Assembly (NCBI GenBank): GCA_043228905.1 | Contig: JBHGNT010000002.1 | Location: 15,934,001 to 15,998,000 of the forward strand | Direction: 5' to 3' | DNA from: Azolla caroliniana | Lineage: Eukaryota; Plantae; Polypodiophyta | Length of the DNA stretch: 64,000 nt | Shown: positions 12,738 to 26,730 of the stretch, piece by piece | How the letters are laid out: every line of letters begins with the position of its first letter | How positions within the stretch are numbered: position 1 is the stretch's first letter | Notes under the pieces: generated by a model | The model's database searches: none | Told to the model about the DNA's origin: nothing | What the model saw: the letters and a program-made list of their open reading frames with translations, nothing else | Position numbers and translations under genes: made by a program

Positions 12738-13353
12738 TGTTGAGCGAGAAAACTCAACATGGGCCGGACCGGCTGGATATGTTGGTAGGTCAAACCGGAA
12801 TCGATCCAGCTGGCTAGGCCCACCTGGGTTCCAGAACAGATGCCGGATTGGCTAAAGAAGTTGGATACCAGATCCGGATAACGGACGGGATACCAGATCC
12901 AGATGACAGAGCGGCTCTGGAAGCTGACCCGGAACGTCACACGTGCCTATTAGACCTATTCTAGGAAATCGGCCTAATATAGGTAGTTAGTGTCAGAGGC
13001 TCTTTTAAGAGCATTGAAGTACTCGTCGGTACTTCTATCAGTCCTTTTGAGGACTTGTATAAATAGTGCTCACTAAGCACATTGTATGTACTGAGTACTA
13101 AGTCTTTTGGAAATAGAATTTTGTGTGTCTACTCTACTCAGTCTCTCTCCCTCTCTATCATACTTTGTGTTTGCCTAACAATTGCATTCCAAATAACCGA
13201 CAGTACTTTGTGTCTTTCTCATATGCTTCCGCACACATACTCTTTTACAGTCTCTATTACGTCTTCGTTCTTTGCTCTCTTTCAATAAATTGTATTCCAT
13301 TAGCATACAGTGTTGTGTTGTAACCATCTACTCAAGATGACCTACCTCTAACA
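12738..13353 (+). repeat. Copia family H 3' LTR preceded by PPT (GAGGGGGAG) and a deleted internal remnant 12023-12737
   Basis: TGTTGAG...CTAACA; preceded by the LSLRGSV-type Copia 3' end; homologues at 38176 and 43025. Confidence 0.78.
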
Positions 13354-13845
13354 ACTATGATTAAGGAGTGAGAGAGGGAGAGGAGTCCATATATAGGCGA
13401 AGGGGTAGTTGTTGGGCTACCCTAGACGTTATGCCAAGAGGTGGTTGTTGGGCTCCCTTGGCGTTAAGCCAAGAGGTAGCTATTGGGGTCCCATGTGGTT
13501 GGTCGTTGGTACTAGGATGTTGGGATTGGTTTTCCCAACCCAGGGATTGGGCCTTTCGTGAGTCCCAACCCAAGGGTAGAACCCCCTTTTTTGGGGTTGG
13601 GACTAGGACTAGGATTGGACCGATCAGAGGACTAATAGTCCTAACCCAAGGGTAGAACCCCTTTGTTGGGGTTGGGACTGGACTAAGATTAAGATTGGTT
13701 CCCTTCTTGGGCCCCAACTCATTATGCATGTGCCATCCTCTATAGGAATTCCTTCAGTCTATCCCAATTAATTTTGGGACTACTTCAGTTCATCCCGACT
13801 CACTTTGGGACCGCATTTCGGTTGGGACTATTTTGGGGCACCACA
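13354..13845 (-). repeat. Truncated Gypsy (chromovirus-like) LTR, family G
   Basis: The minus strand starts TGTGGTGCCCCAAAATAGTCCCAAC, matching the LTR start after the PPT at about 47905; many TTGGGAC/GTCCCAA words. Confidence 0.6.
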
Positions 13846-14705
13846 TGGAGGCTCACATTTCACACATGTTGCACCTGACTACAAAACCATATCTTCAACG
13901 AATGGGTGAAACCGTACATATCGATTCATGTTAGAGACCATCCCATTGTTTTCCATCCAAACCATTGCTCCATGCGTGTTAGCTAATATGCATTGCAATG
14001 TGAGACGAGGCATAGAGGCACAAGAGGCATACTTTGCCCTAGACAAGTTCGAGAGTTTGAGTATCACACTTTGATACAATGTTCTACCTTTGATCATATT
14101 CAACCATGCTTTCCACACATCTTCGACCAAATCTAATCCTTGCATGAATTTCTCTCAAAACCACAATTTTCAATCTCGGTCGTAACATTCATTGGTAAAG
14201 TTCTTGAACATTGAGAGTCACTACTCACTTCCACATGTATTATGTGAAATGTAAAAATATTTTTGGTCTCATAGGTCATATTTGATATCCGAAGATAATC
14301 ATAGAGTCTATCTATCTACCTATTCAACAAATTAAGGCGATTATCTCTAGCCATCGTAGGTGATTCTTCCCTCTCCATTCTCGATTGATCTATGATATAG
14401 ATCCTTCGAAGACAAAAGTTACAATATATCTTACTTGAGAATCTTACATGTGCGGATAACAAGATTCTTTAGTATCTATTTATCTGATTGAATTTTACGT
14501 TGAGTTAGTAACATATATTTTATTTCAATTTGTTGTTCTCCAAGACTAGATAACACTACATATACAGGCCTCTTATAAAAGACGTTATTACATAATACAT
14601 ATATCATTCATTCTTTCTCTGTTCACTCATTCAATCCGTCAGTCAGTCCGTCCGTCCGTCCGTCTGTCTCTCATTTCGATCCACTCGCCCTCACTGTCAA
14701 AAGAG

Positions 14706-17611
14706 ATGATGTTCGATGGTCTTCAGCTTTCATGGCGTGCTCAGAATCTCTGCTCCGATGTTAGGGTTTCTTTCGTCCAAGCAAAGATCCATAGCCCTGG
14801 CACTGCCCTTTTCTTTGTCTCTGAGAAATATCGCGCCAGTCCAGCTAGGGTTTCTGCTTCGAAAAGCTCGTCTACTTCTTCCTCTTCTATCAAGAATGAA
14901 ACAACCAACACCACCACAACAACAACGGAAAATGACTCTGCTGGCGATGTGAATGTTTGGGATTCGAACGCAGAATCAGTTCGTGGAAGGTGGAAGAACA
15001 GAACATCTTCTTCTTCTTCTTCTTCTTCTTCTTCTGTTGAGGGCCAGTCTTGGAACGAGGCCCCAAATGTCGAAAATAACTGGCAATGGTGGCTTTCTGG
15101 ACCTGATGATGATGCTTATGCTTACGAATCTAGATCATATGGTGGTTATGACGACGAGGAGGAGGAGGAGGATTCTTTTATGTCGTGGTTCAACCTAGAC
15201 GATTTTGACCCTCAAACAGTAAGTATGCATTTATTGAACTCTTCCTTTTGCGTTAAAAACAAGACGTTGTCACTTGCTTAGGCATGTTAATCGGTGATCG
15301 AAAGAAAATAAGTTTACAAAGTGGCGATATTCTTTGGTCAAAATTTTCTGGAGGGTTGCGTTATGTGCTAAAAAGACGCCGACACTTATAGGTCATGTTA
15401 ATCAATACTCCCAAAAGAAGTAATCTTACCAAAGGTATTAAACTCTCATTGAAGTTCATCAGAAAAGCATTTGTTGTGAGTGAAAACTTTTATCACTTCC
15501 AAAGGACATATTAATCAGTGTTTGAAGTGTTTATGATATTGTGTGTTCATCGATGCTCTATTTTGTGTGTTAAACAAACTTTTGTCACTATCTATGGCAT
15601 GAGAATTGACGCTCGAACAAGTATAATTTATACAGCATTTACTGTTCTTGTTTAATTTGCTAGATATACTAATCAGGGTTCAGGAAAAATACTTTTAAAC
15701 CTATGACATTTATGCTGCTTTTCTTTATATAATTAAGTCACTTGTTAGAGCATACTAATTGGTGTTCTGAAAAAGAAGCTTACATTTAATGGCCATTGTT
15801 CTCGTGATGGACAAACATATTTACGTGCATTATCTAGCCTACTAGTGGGTCCAATCAGTCAAGCTCGGGACACCCTAATGAGAGTTTTAGCTATCAAATT
15901 TAGTGAAAAAATCAGAAATGGAGGGACGTTAACATCAGACTCAGTGAGGGATCTTGGATTGTAAAGATTATAAGACTACTACTATTACTATTCGAAAAGA
16001 AGCTCATTGATTTAATTAGAGGCTACAAGTATGTGTTTGCATGGCTTAAACCTGAAATTTTTGTCGTCATAAACTTCACTTGAAAGAAGATTTAATGGCA
16101 GTTCGGCAGAGGGATAGATGTTGCCACTCCCAACCAAATGACCTGATTGATAACCCCCAAGTGATGGACATTCAGGTCACATATGGCCATGACAACACCC
16201 TTGTCACTACGAAAAAATCAATACCCTCAAAACGTGTCTGAATGATGCTTTTCTCCCCTTAAGCCTGTATTGGAGGTGGTATTGGTGGCCTTTTAAGGCA
16301 CAGTTTCTGTTCATTTTAGGTCATAGTATTTTATGGTCATATCATGTGAATAGGTATATTTTGCTCAAGGTTTGTTATTTTATGGTCAGTTTGTACGAAT
16401 GTATTATTTACATTTTGCTCAAGGTTTGTTATTTATGGTCGGTTTATATGAATGTATTATTTACATTTTGCTCAAGGTTCATAAAATGTTGAAGTACTCA
16501 AACTTCATACTCTCACCCAAATGGTTGTTTCTTAGGCAGTATTTACTTATTTCTTTTGTTATTCTCCAAGATCAGAATATTTTCGGGTATAAATCTCATC
16601 TGGTCTCGTAGGGCTATCTTCTTAGAGACAATTTATCTCGTTTTCTTTTCTTTCTTGTTTGGCTTTGTGAGCCATTTGCTTAGCAATGTTAATTTTCCAT
16701 TTCTCAAGGGGGTGGAAGAGACTTCTATTGTTTTGGATTATACAGTTATGATGACTGCATCCAACTCCATCCTGAATTGAAATTATGTAACCCTTGAAAT
16801 GATGGATGTATTGGAGAAATATAGCTTTCTATATATGACATTCATCCTCTTATATGGATTTAAAGTACGAATATTATATCATCAATGTCATTCAGGTGTC
16901 ATAACCAATTTGAATGGCATAAATTAATGAATTTAAACTGGAAAAGGACCAGATCTAAAACCAAATACACTAGTGCAGAAGATTGTTTTCTAGGTAAGTC
17001 AAAGTAATACAATATTTGTTTATTATGATACTATCAATATTATTATGAAACTTGAAGTTTATTAGGCAGCTCTCTCATGAGATTTGTGTTATGTTCTTAA
17101 CTTCCAACAGGTAATGTCAGTGCTTAAGTGGATGCTTCCAGCTGCAGCCATTTTCTTGCCATGGCTGTTAGGGGGTCCCATGTTTTTCATGGCAATCTTT
17201 GTTTTCTCTCCATGGATACAAAAACTTATTGGTTCGCTTATGCCTAGTGTTTGGAAGATGCTATGGCATTCTTTAAATTCGCAAGCAAGACCCAAGGAAA
17301 AACAGAGTAAGAGTGGTAAAACTAGTTCATTCAATGACAGAAGATCTAACGGTTTCTGGAGGTGGATGAGAGAGGACCGACCTGCCAAGAATGATGACGA
17401 CGAATGGAGAAAAGCTGATGAATTAGGGCAATTCTCTAAACTAGGTGGCTGGGATGATTATGATGAAGATTTTTTGATGCTTCAAAAGATTTCTCGAGGG
17501 AGTAGCAGCATAGGTATAGCCAAAAGAAGGAAGAAAAAGGAGGTCCCTTTACTTTTTCGGCTTGTTTTAGCCATTTTCCCCTTTCTTCGCTCATGGGGAG
17601 GTTTCCTTTAA
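14706..17611 (+). CDS. Uncharacterized plant protein (~337 aa), likely plastid-targeted membrane protein; exons 14706-15218 and 17111-17611
   Basis: Ser/Thr-rich N-terminus, donor ACA|gtaagt at 15218, in-frame acceptor ttccaacag|GTA at 17111, hydrophobic segment (WMLPAAAIFLPWLLGGPMFFMAIFVF), C-terminal LGGWD...PLLFRLVLAIFPFLRSW. Confidence 0.8.
16357..16480. repeat. ~53-bp tandem repeat (2.3 copies) in intron
   Basis: ATTTTGCTCAAGGTT recurs three times with conserved intervening sequence. Confidence 0.75.
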
Positions 17612-19578
17612 GACATGTATATTACAATGAATGGGTGAGTGTATAGACATAATAAAATGATCTAATAGGAAGGAGTGACATTTGTTTTTATAGGAAGGAG
17701 TCAAACTAAGTGCTTCTTATGACATAAGAGCTTCAATTTGTCTAGCACAGAGAATCAAGCTAAGGTGTTGAATGGTCTAAGAAATGTGATTTCAGATCCT
17801 TCATAGGTGGTTTGATTCACTTATTAATGGATAATATGTTTTAGGTGTGTGTACATCTGAGGGGTTTTTAATAGTAATGTTCTAAATGTTCCACTGAAAA
17901 GACTCAAGAAACCTAAGATAAATCAGAATGTATTTATTAACTATTTCAGGTATGGAAAGTTCTTCAAGCCTGATGCTCTAATACCCATTATCTATAAATG
18001 TGCAAAACTTTCATATAGGGGACTAGTGGCATGCACTTGATTTACAAATCTCGTGTTATAGTATGAGAGCCACATTGATACTAAAAACTATATAGCAATT
18101 AACTTTACCGTATGTATCATTTCTATAGAATGTGATTCCAACATAAGTGTTCAATGGTAATTAATTCAATTGCCATGACTTTGTTGTCCATAATTGTTTT
18201 GTATAAATTACTCAAAATAGGTTTATCAATACTCATTTAAATGTTACATTTTTTGAAAGTCATAAAGCTCTCCTCTCATGGACTTTTATTCTACTGAGAA
18301 CGAACTTCTTAGTATAAATATAGAATTGAAAAGAGGTAAGAGCAAGGAATCCTATGGATCTATTAAGAAGAGCTAGAGATTAAGCACCAAGGAATAAGTG
18401 GAAAGAGGAGATTAATAATAAGAGTCACAATGGGGCAAACATGCACATCATTTTCTAAGACTCTCATAGTAGAAGCACCTAATCATTTTCTTATTCTTAG
18501 CTCCCTAACTAGGATACACCTTTGCTTTGCTTTTTGCCCCCTTTTTCAATATTTTTGGCAGCTAGGGTTCAGTAAGAATGCACATCAACGGCAAAAGGAA
18601 TCACAACAATGTCTAGTGAGACTATACACATTCATTAAAAGAAAAGGTAAACTATATAGACACCATTCATCCATTCACCTGGTTTCAAAATCTCATAAAT
18701 GATAACAAGATGGTATTGTCGAAATTAAGGTTGAAAGTAAGACCTTGTTTTTACATTAATTTAGGCTATTTAACTGTAGTTTTTTATTATTTATCCTAAT
18801 GATGCTGTATCAAACAATAATTAAATGAAAGCTAGTTAAAATTCAGTTCTCTACCTTGAGTGGATTTCATTCTAGTACATCAAAGACCAACAAATTTAAG
18901 CAAACCTCACTCTGGCCTACTCGCCAAAGTGGTCATAGTCCACACCTCATTTACAACAAAAGTATCCCAACTCCTATAACCTAGTAATTAACTTGTACCA
19001 CATCTATACATATTTATAGCTCCTGGTCACTAATGCGAGCCATTGGCGGAAACATCCATCTGGGTGCTTGGTAGTTCCATTTAGGCCTTGATGATGATCT
19101 AATATATATGTATGTATGTTTGTGTCGAGGAAGATGCACTACTCACACCCTTTAGACACCCTGCTCCGCAGAAAACACCCTACTTATAATGATTGGGTTT
19201 ACGATTCTTACAAGGGTTTAGGGTATAAAACTTGTTGCTGGTTGAATTTTCGACATTTTTCAAATAAGAGATTGTGGTTTTAAGACTTTTGCAAGCACAT
19301 GCACAAGACGTGACCAACAAGCATTACCTTAACAAAGGAGAATTATAAAATATGGTTTAAGGGAGATCTTTCCTTTTTATATCTAGTCCGATGGAGGGAC
19401 AGCTCAAGAGCACAGTCCATCAAAGCTATCTATATATGCTACTTTGGCTTTACAGTAATATAAATGCCGTAGTTATTTTTATGCTCCTTACAGCAATATA
19501 ACCATTTTTACCTTGTAGCCGTTCTTGTTTTTCCATCTCTATTGTAATTTGATTGATGCAACTTCTGATTGATCGAAC

Positions 19579-22500
19579 TCACTCTGTTCCACAATTTTCT
19601 TCTTGGCCTTGAGTGTCCTCATCTGAGCTGGGACTTGATAAGTCTTCATCATCATCATCATCCTTATAATCTTCTTCTGAAGTAGCATAAGACAGTTTTT
19701 TATTTGCCATATCTGATCTTAGTTTTCCCAGAGCTGCAGTCTTGCTTGCACGTTGGGTAGAAGGACGTAACACAGGAGTCATGGCCTCCACCACTGGCAT
19801 TGGTGGTGATGTAGAAGAGCCTTCTGGACTGCTTGCCTTCTTTGGCCTCCCTGCCAAAAAATGAGTATAGTAATCAGATAAATGAAAAGCTCCCAACTGC
19901 CCTTAAATCTGTTTTTCGTTGAAATGTAATGCTCCCCTTCAGCCCCCTCCCCGAGTCAAGGGATAGAGCCATGTAATTAACCTTGGAAAGTTAGAGGGGT
20001 TGAAATGACCATATAATTGCAAATAGCACATATAATTGTTCGAAAAAGGATTGCGCATTAGAGAAATTAAAGAGAAATTCAGTGCATTTCGTAAGCAATA
20101 CACTGGTCTGTTGAAAATAAGTTCTTACTTCTTCCACGGCTCTTCTTTGCTGTTTCTGGGTTAATTTCACTTCTCTCTTGATTCTCTGCCTGCCCTGCAA
20201 CGTTTATATCCTCCAGTTCCATATTACCTAAACCAATCATTTGTTTGCCAATGAAGAAAACATCTGAAAATCTGACTTTAATCACACATTGGAAACTTAC
20301 GGTATATCGCAGGTAAAACATAGAAAACCCCACATAAATGATAATCATATCTTTAAAATCATCAATTTTAAAGGTTGGATAAGCCACGTTATGGAAAATG
20401 TGAAGGCTTAATCAGTAAGTGGAGCATAAAAGAAAACCCACATAAGATTATCTGAAACTGTTCGTCCGAGAGATCCTCCGAGACAGTGGCATCAAATGCT
20501 TTGAGCTTCGTCATTACGTGATCAATTTCCTTCAATGCTTGTTTATCTCCAGCCATAGATTCAACAGCCCTGTATGCAGTTGAAAGTATTTAAATACCTG
20601 GCATAATGTTCCTTAAGTAGCCATTATATTAAAAGAGTAGAATTTACTTGTCAAGCAGCATCCTCATGCACTTGATGAGTTGTTCCCCAGGCTGTGTGAA
20701 TTGAAGGGAACTTAAGGTTTTTATAAGCATCAATATATATGACTTGTCTGTCGCAGATCTTTGGGAAGGAAATCCAGCAATCTGGCATCCATCCAACACC
20801 CATTTGTTTAAGATTAGAATTAGAATTATTAGCCTTACTACAACATGTAGGGCTCTTGAAAACTGATACTTTTCACATGATAAAGAATATTTGGCTTTCT
20901 CTAAACCAGTAAAGTTTCATATGTTTCTCTACATTTAACTAAATTTTTGTGCAATTTATATACATGAAGGTCTTGTTCATAAAAAAACAATGATCCACAT
21001 CGCTTCCAGGTGTTTTTATTGTATGAGAAAAAATGCTAGTACCTCAGCAGCAATCCGAGTTGCCAGATCCTCATTGAGTGATAGATATAACCCAGGTTGC
21101 TCTTTAGAAGAAAAGCCATTTTCCTGCACAGATCCGTCCTTGTCATCTGATTGAGATGTAGAATTTTCCTTTTCAAACAAGGGTTGATGAAGCATTTGAA
21201 GCATGAATTTTGAAAGGTTTATTGCACGTTTTTTCTTGGCTGCAATAACTCCAGGAGTCCCACTTTCATTCCCACAAATCCCTGGCCACTCAGGTCGCAA
21301 AACTGGGATGAAAGTTCTTGCAATACATGTCTGGGAGCATTATACACCATTAGTAATTCTGAACTCATCTCCCATTAACTTGGCATGACCATAGCTTTTT
21401 TCTCAGAGGATCAGAAGTTTTCCTTATAATGACTCAAAAAATTTACCTTGTGATCTAATGATATAGATGGGTAAGTCTCAAAAAACACAGCTAGACATTG
21501 CCGCAAACTGTAGAGAACAATCAGAAAGCTTGTAATGAGAAGCAAAAAGCAAGTTCTAGCTATGGATTGAAAGGCAGCAAAGTAGGATTCCCCTACCTGG
21601 GCATACTCTTGGTTTCTTCATTGAAATACAACCGCAAAAGCTTCCCTAAAATGGAATGCTGCCACGGCAATATGTCTGAATAGACCTTGCTTTGAAGCAA
21701 CAGTTTTGCAAACCCCTCTGCAATAATGCTTTTAACAGTTTCCACTTCCCCAGTTTCAGGTTCGACAACATCTTGTTCAACATCATTTGCATCCAGAAAC
21801 TGTGCAAACTCTTCTAAAATTGGCAACCCAGAGACAGCCTCTTTATTACTTACGCCCTCACATGAGGAGAAACCTATGATTCTATCTATCACAGCAGCAC
21901 TGTGCCACATGCATAGATCAAATAATGCTTTGCAGGCCATTTTCTTAACACCAAGCGTAGTGTCATCAGCAATAAGTAGTAACCGAAGCTGCTTCACTGC
22001 CTGTAAACTGGGTCTGGTCTCCCTTAAACAAAAAAGGCCCAAACACCTAGTCGCAGATATCTGTACTTCAGGATGGATATGCTTGGCCTGTGTTACTCAT
22101 AAATCAGTAAACAGAATCACATGCCAGGTGAAGGCTAACACAAAATGTGACTTACAGCTGGCAAGAGAATACCACCAAAAAGTTCATGAGCCTCTATGGA
22201 GTGTCCATTCAGCTGATGAAGTGATTCCATATGTTCAAGAAGAAACCCAGTTGCAGCTAGGCAATTGACCCACTGCATAATACTGGCGCCACCTTCTCTA
22301 CATGGCCTTCCTAGCTCAGCAACCACATCAGATGTCATTTTTATGAAGTCTTGGGACGTTCCATGAACCTTCCAAGAAAGCTCTGCAACAGCAGTTGCCC
22401 ATTGCTTATCTCCACCAAGGCTTACTCCATCTCCAATAACCACATCATTGTCCAAATGGCCAGCCGACAAGTGCAGGATAGTTTGAAGAAAGCTTCCAGC

Positions 22501-25500
22501 AACCTTCCTGCTTGTGGCATCAGAGAAATCAAGATATCTTCCCATTACTAATAACTGTCGGGATGCAAAATGATACTGTATTCCTGTAACAAAGCAAATC
22601 ATAGAGCTTTAGAACTGATCCTTGTGATCATGAATTGTTGAAACTGATCTTTCTTTAATTACCTCCAGCAAGGTGGGCTTGCACCATTGCTACATAGTCC
22701 TCCATTGTTGATGGCAAAATCTTATCCAAGAGGTCATTTCTTTCGCTTGCAGCAGCAGCATTCACGGTAGCCTGAGCTCCCCGTGTTACAGCAGCATCGT
22801 GACCTTTAGCCTAAACATCAACACGATATAATTAATCCAGTTACGTTCATGAAATCTAAAATTTCTGGCCCGTCAACTATCTTCTAGAATCTGTAATTAT
22901 GTTGCTCAAAAACATGGCATTTTATGAAAAGCACAATGTGGATACACAATCTCTTATTAAAAAATGTGAGGATGATTTTTAAACCTGAAAGAGATGAAAA
23001 AGCATCCATTCATAGGAGCGATAAATACCATGCAACCTTTCTAAATCATTTAGAAAATGGCTTATAGCCATTACAATCACTTTTCAAACTAGGGACGGTC
23101 TGGTATAGATCTAGAGTTGCTCAACAAGAATCAATAGGAAGTAATAGAAAAGCATTTATACTGTACATAAGACTTCAAAGTTTCTCACCTGTGCTTCAGA
23201 GTAGAAGTAACCTACGCATAGCCTCCAGTATAGTGCCTCTTCTGGTTCCATCAACTTGACTTTATGCCATCAACCAAAAAACAAAAATAAAAGAGTCTGA
23301 CAACAACACCAGGAGATTGGTTGGACTACATTATGTACTCAGATATGAATGTTATGTGTTCACTTTATTGGATTCTATCCAAAGGAATAGTCTATAATGT
23401 ATTGTTTACACATATAGATGAATCACAGCATAATAAGATAATAGAATAGTATACCAATTTCTGAGTGTCCTTCAGGAATGAACTTCTTAAGCCCATGTTC
23501 ATATTGAATCTTGACCATATCTGCATTAAGAAGTGCAAGCATCACTGTTTCTCCCACAGACTCATTTGTCTCCACGTCTAAATACTTCAGGAGAGAAATT
23601 GGTTCTCCTTGGCAGCATTTCATGAGCCATGCATCTTTCAGCATTTTCAAGCATTCCATCTTCACAGCCACTGTCCTGTCATGTAATCCTCTTTGAAGGA
23701 CAGTGTTCCTCTGCCTGATGCTGGTAAAATGATGTAGGATGAAGACTATGTTTAGACTCTAATTTACACGTTTGTTTACTGGTGAATGTATACAGTAGTG
23801 TCTACTCCAACCTTAAACTCTGAATGGGAAACTTCTTTGCAAGCACAAAAAAGGCTGTCTTTCTTACAGACTCACTCACATCAGCTGTATGTTCAACAAT
23901 ATCACTCATTGTTGAATTGGAGGCAGGAATGGATAGTATGATATTTTTCCGTACCTCCTGCAGACAAAAAAATAGGCACTTTGTTAGCAGACGTAATCAA
24001 ATACAAGATAGAATATGTTCACAAAGGTATGCTGCATTTTTGCAGCTTTAACTATGATACACTAGATTTCCAAAATCTTTGTCCTCATCTAAGTCAGTAA
24101 AAATATCAATCAGCATGTATTTTGATTGATTGAAGAAAAGTGTTTTCCATGAGCCCTGATCTTCACAGTTGTCTACAAAAAAGAACTCTATAGATGTCTT
24201 TTAGTTTACATTGTATCTTCCAAATAGCTGCTGAAAGTTGACTAAATTTGTGTGAAAAACACACAGCCATGAAAATACTCACAGCATTTTGATCAGATTG
24301 TAGTGATTTACGATATGTAGATAATATGACAGCATTATCTTCAAGCTCCTCTGATCCATCATCTGCCGATGCGAATCGTGCAAGTGCACGAGCACTATAA
24401 ACTCTCACAGCAGGCATCTTATCCTGCATGTGCTTACACATACTCTTGATAACATTATCCCAAACCTCATCACTGACCTCAGCATCTTCATGGAGCCTCA
24501 ATATAACCTAAAATGTGGAATGTAAAGAAGTCATATTTTACCACAAAGGAAATATATAGATTTTGTGAAAGATTCATATAAAGAATTGTGATTTTTCTAA
24601 ATAGTACTCGTTATTTTGGTGAACAAAAAGGAAAGGTTATCTAATCAATAAAGAAAAATTTCTGAGCACCAACTCTCACATGCCTATAAATTTGTGGGTA
24701 TGTATTTCCTCATACAATTTATCACTCATGCAAAGATAGAAACTGGGACAATCAGTAAGGAAACTTTTTCCACCCATAGTAACCACCTAACACAAATAAG
24801 GAATGACGCAGGCTGGAAAAATAATAACTGGAACAAATTTAGAGAGTAATATTTAAAATTGCTACAATTTTCTTCACAAATTTGTGCTATTCCCTTATAA
24901 TTTCAAATTATTTATTGGCCAATCATCAAAGAATTTTTTCCCAAATAATGGCATGAGTAGATAAAAGAGTCACATTTTCTATTACATTCCAAAATACATT
25001 TGTGTTTTTTTCTTACAATTTCCTATTATGTTGCGCATGAAGAAAATTATTGAATTCTGAAGCTTCCTATAATAGATTTTCTGGTCATTTCTCCTCATCC
25101 TCTAACGTTTCAGGCATGAAAAAGAAACCAAAGAGATGTTTTCCTGAAAACTAGAAGTTCTTATTGCATTGAGCATCAGAGTCCAAACTGACCTCGGAAA
25201 GAAATTCTTTGACAGAAAAAATTCCCATAAATTTTCTAATGGATATCCACAACTTTTGCTGTCTCATAATTTCATGCATGAAAAGAAAACTCTGCCTAAT
25301 ATCACTATAATAAGAAATGGACACAGAGGAGGATCTGAACACCGCACTACAATTCAAACGGACTTAGCAAAGGATGTGGAGGGCTTACAGACGTACAACT
25401 TTATTTGTCATATCAGTGAGAATAAATTCCTGGAAACTTCCTCTCGATTTGCTAGCAAAGTCCCATGAAATTGTGTTCCTTCTCAGAATTTCCACAAATA

Positions 25501-26131
25501 TTGGAATTCAAACGGATGATTTGACATACTGAAATTATTGGAGAGATTGATGTCCAGAGAAATGCACAAATAGTCCACTAAAATCTTAAAGTGACAAATT
25601 GTGTTCCTTCAGTGACAAATGAAGAAATCACGCTACTAAATTGTAGGCTTACCTCAGATTTGCTGATCATATTCTATCATGCAAATGAGATTGGCAAGAA
25701 AGGAGTTTTCACAAGGAATTCAAACCGACCTCAGAAAGGATTTGGCAGGATCGCAGACGCACAGCTTTGTTTGAGGCATCAGTGGAGAAGAGAAGAAGAC
25801 CGAAGAATTCTTCAAGAAAAGAATCACAATCTGCGCCGTGGATCTGATCACGAAGAGTAACAAAATAAACAACAAACCTTACGACCCTCTCCACAGAAGG
25901 CTCACGACGAAGAATAGCGAAGATAGGAAGGAGGCATTTCCACAGATCCGTCAAGAAACCATCTCTGTGTTTAGAACGATAGAGAAGAAGCTCTTTGGCT
26001 CGTCTTGCGTGGACGCCTTGCGAGTGTTGAGCTTCGTTGAGGATTCGAGCGATCACTGATTCTCTGCTGCGTTCATCAGAAGAAGGAATATGTGTAGGAG
26101 GAGGAGGAGGAGGTTTCTTCATCTTCGCCAT
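19579..26131 (-). CDS. CAP-G: Condensin complex subunit 3 (CAP-G/NCAPG), ~14 exons
   Basis: ATG 26131. Exons include 25730-26131, 24283-24507, 23812-23957, 23455-23720, ~22662-22810, ~22157-22583, ~21597-22087, ~21042-21330 and ~19579-19851, with GT-AG borders. Motifs KAVRLRSCQI, DKMPAVR, LLKYLDVETNE, EEALYW, IIAEGFAKLLL, LLRLYF; acidic tail. Some internal exon borders are approximate. Confidence 0.92.
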
Positions 26132-26449
26132 CGATGTTTTCTTTCCTTTGACTGTTGTCTCTCTGCTCTCTGCAGTGTATGCAGAAACTGGACTGACTGA
26201 GAAATTCAAAAAATGCGGAAGGGGGCGGGAAGACGAGAGAGAGAGAGAGAGAGAGAGAAAGAAAGAAAGATGTATTAACGTCTTCTAAGGCCAAATTTGG
26301 CCCATGAGACAATTGGTTTACAACAATAGAGTATTTATCCAGTCATCATAACTAAAAAAAAAATTAAGTAAAAAAAAAATAGAACTTAAACTAAAAGAGT
26401 TCTAGTAGTGTACAATATGTAGTATACTCGGAGGTGAGGTTGTAACTTG

Positions 26450-26730
26450 CCCAGATGGATGTAGCTCAGTTCGTAAGGTTGCCCAATGGGTTCAACCCCC
26501 TACCTTCCACACTGGCTATCTAGTGAATTAAGAGAGATATAAGAAGTATATAATAGAGAGGTGAGGAAGTTGGGTTTCAAACCTAGAACGCAATGCTTGT
26601 AATGCTAACAACTTACCACTAAGGTAAGGTAATTACATCTCTCTACTCGATTGATATCACATAATTGGTGAAGTTCCCCAATTGAATTGAAATTTGAAAC
26701 CACGAAGGTCATGGGTTCAACCCTCTACCC
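26450..26730. other. Degenerate tRNA/SINE-like fragments upstream of CAP-G
   Basis: GGATGTAGCTCAGTTCGTAAG...GGGTTCAACCCC (+), TAGTGGTAAG...GGTTTGAAACC (-, ~26570-26630) and GGTCATGGGTTCAACCC (+); no complete cloverleaf. Confidence 0.4.

Noticed and set aside
12990-13090. Hammerhead ribozyme/retrozyme in family H LTRs
   Set aside because: The minus strand has CTGATAGA/CTGACAGA/CTGACTCA next to stems, but the CUGANGA spacing and the GAAA core are not present.
26457-26512. Functional tRNA gene
   Set aside because: The distance between A and B boxes is too short, and there is no anticodon arm or acceptor stem.
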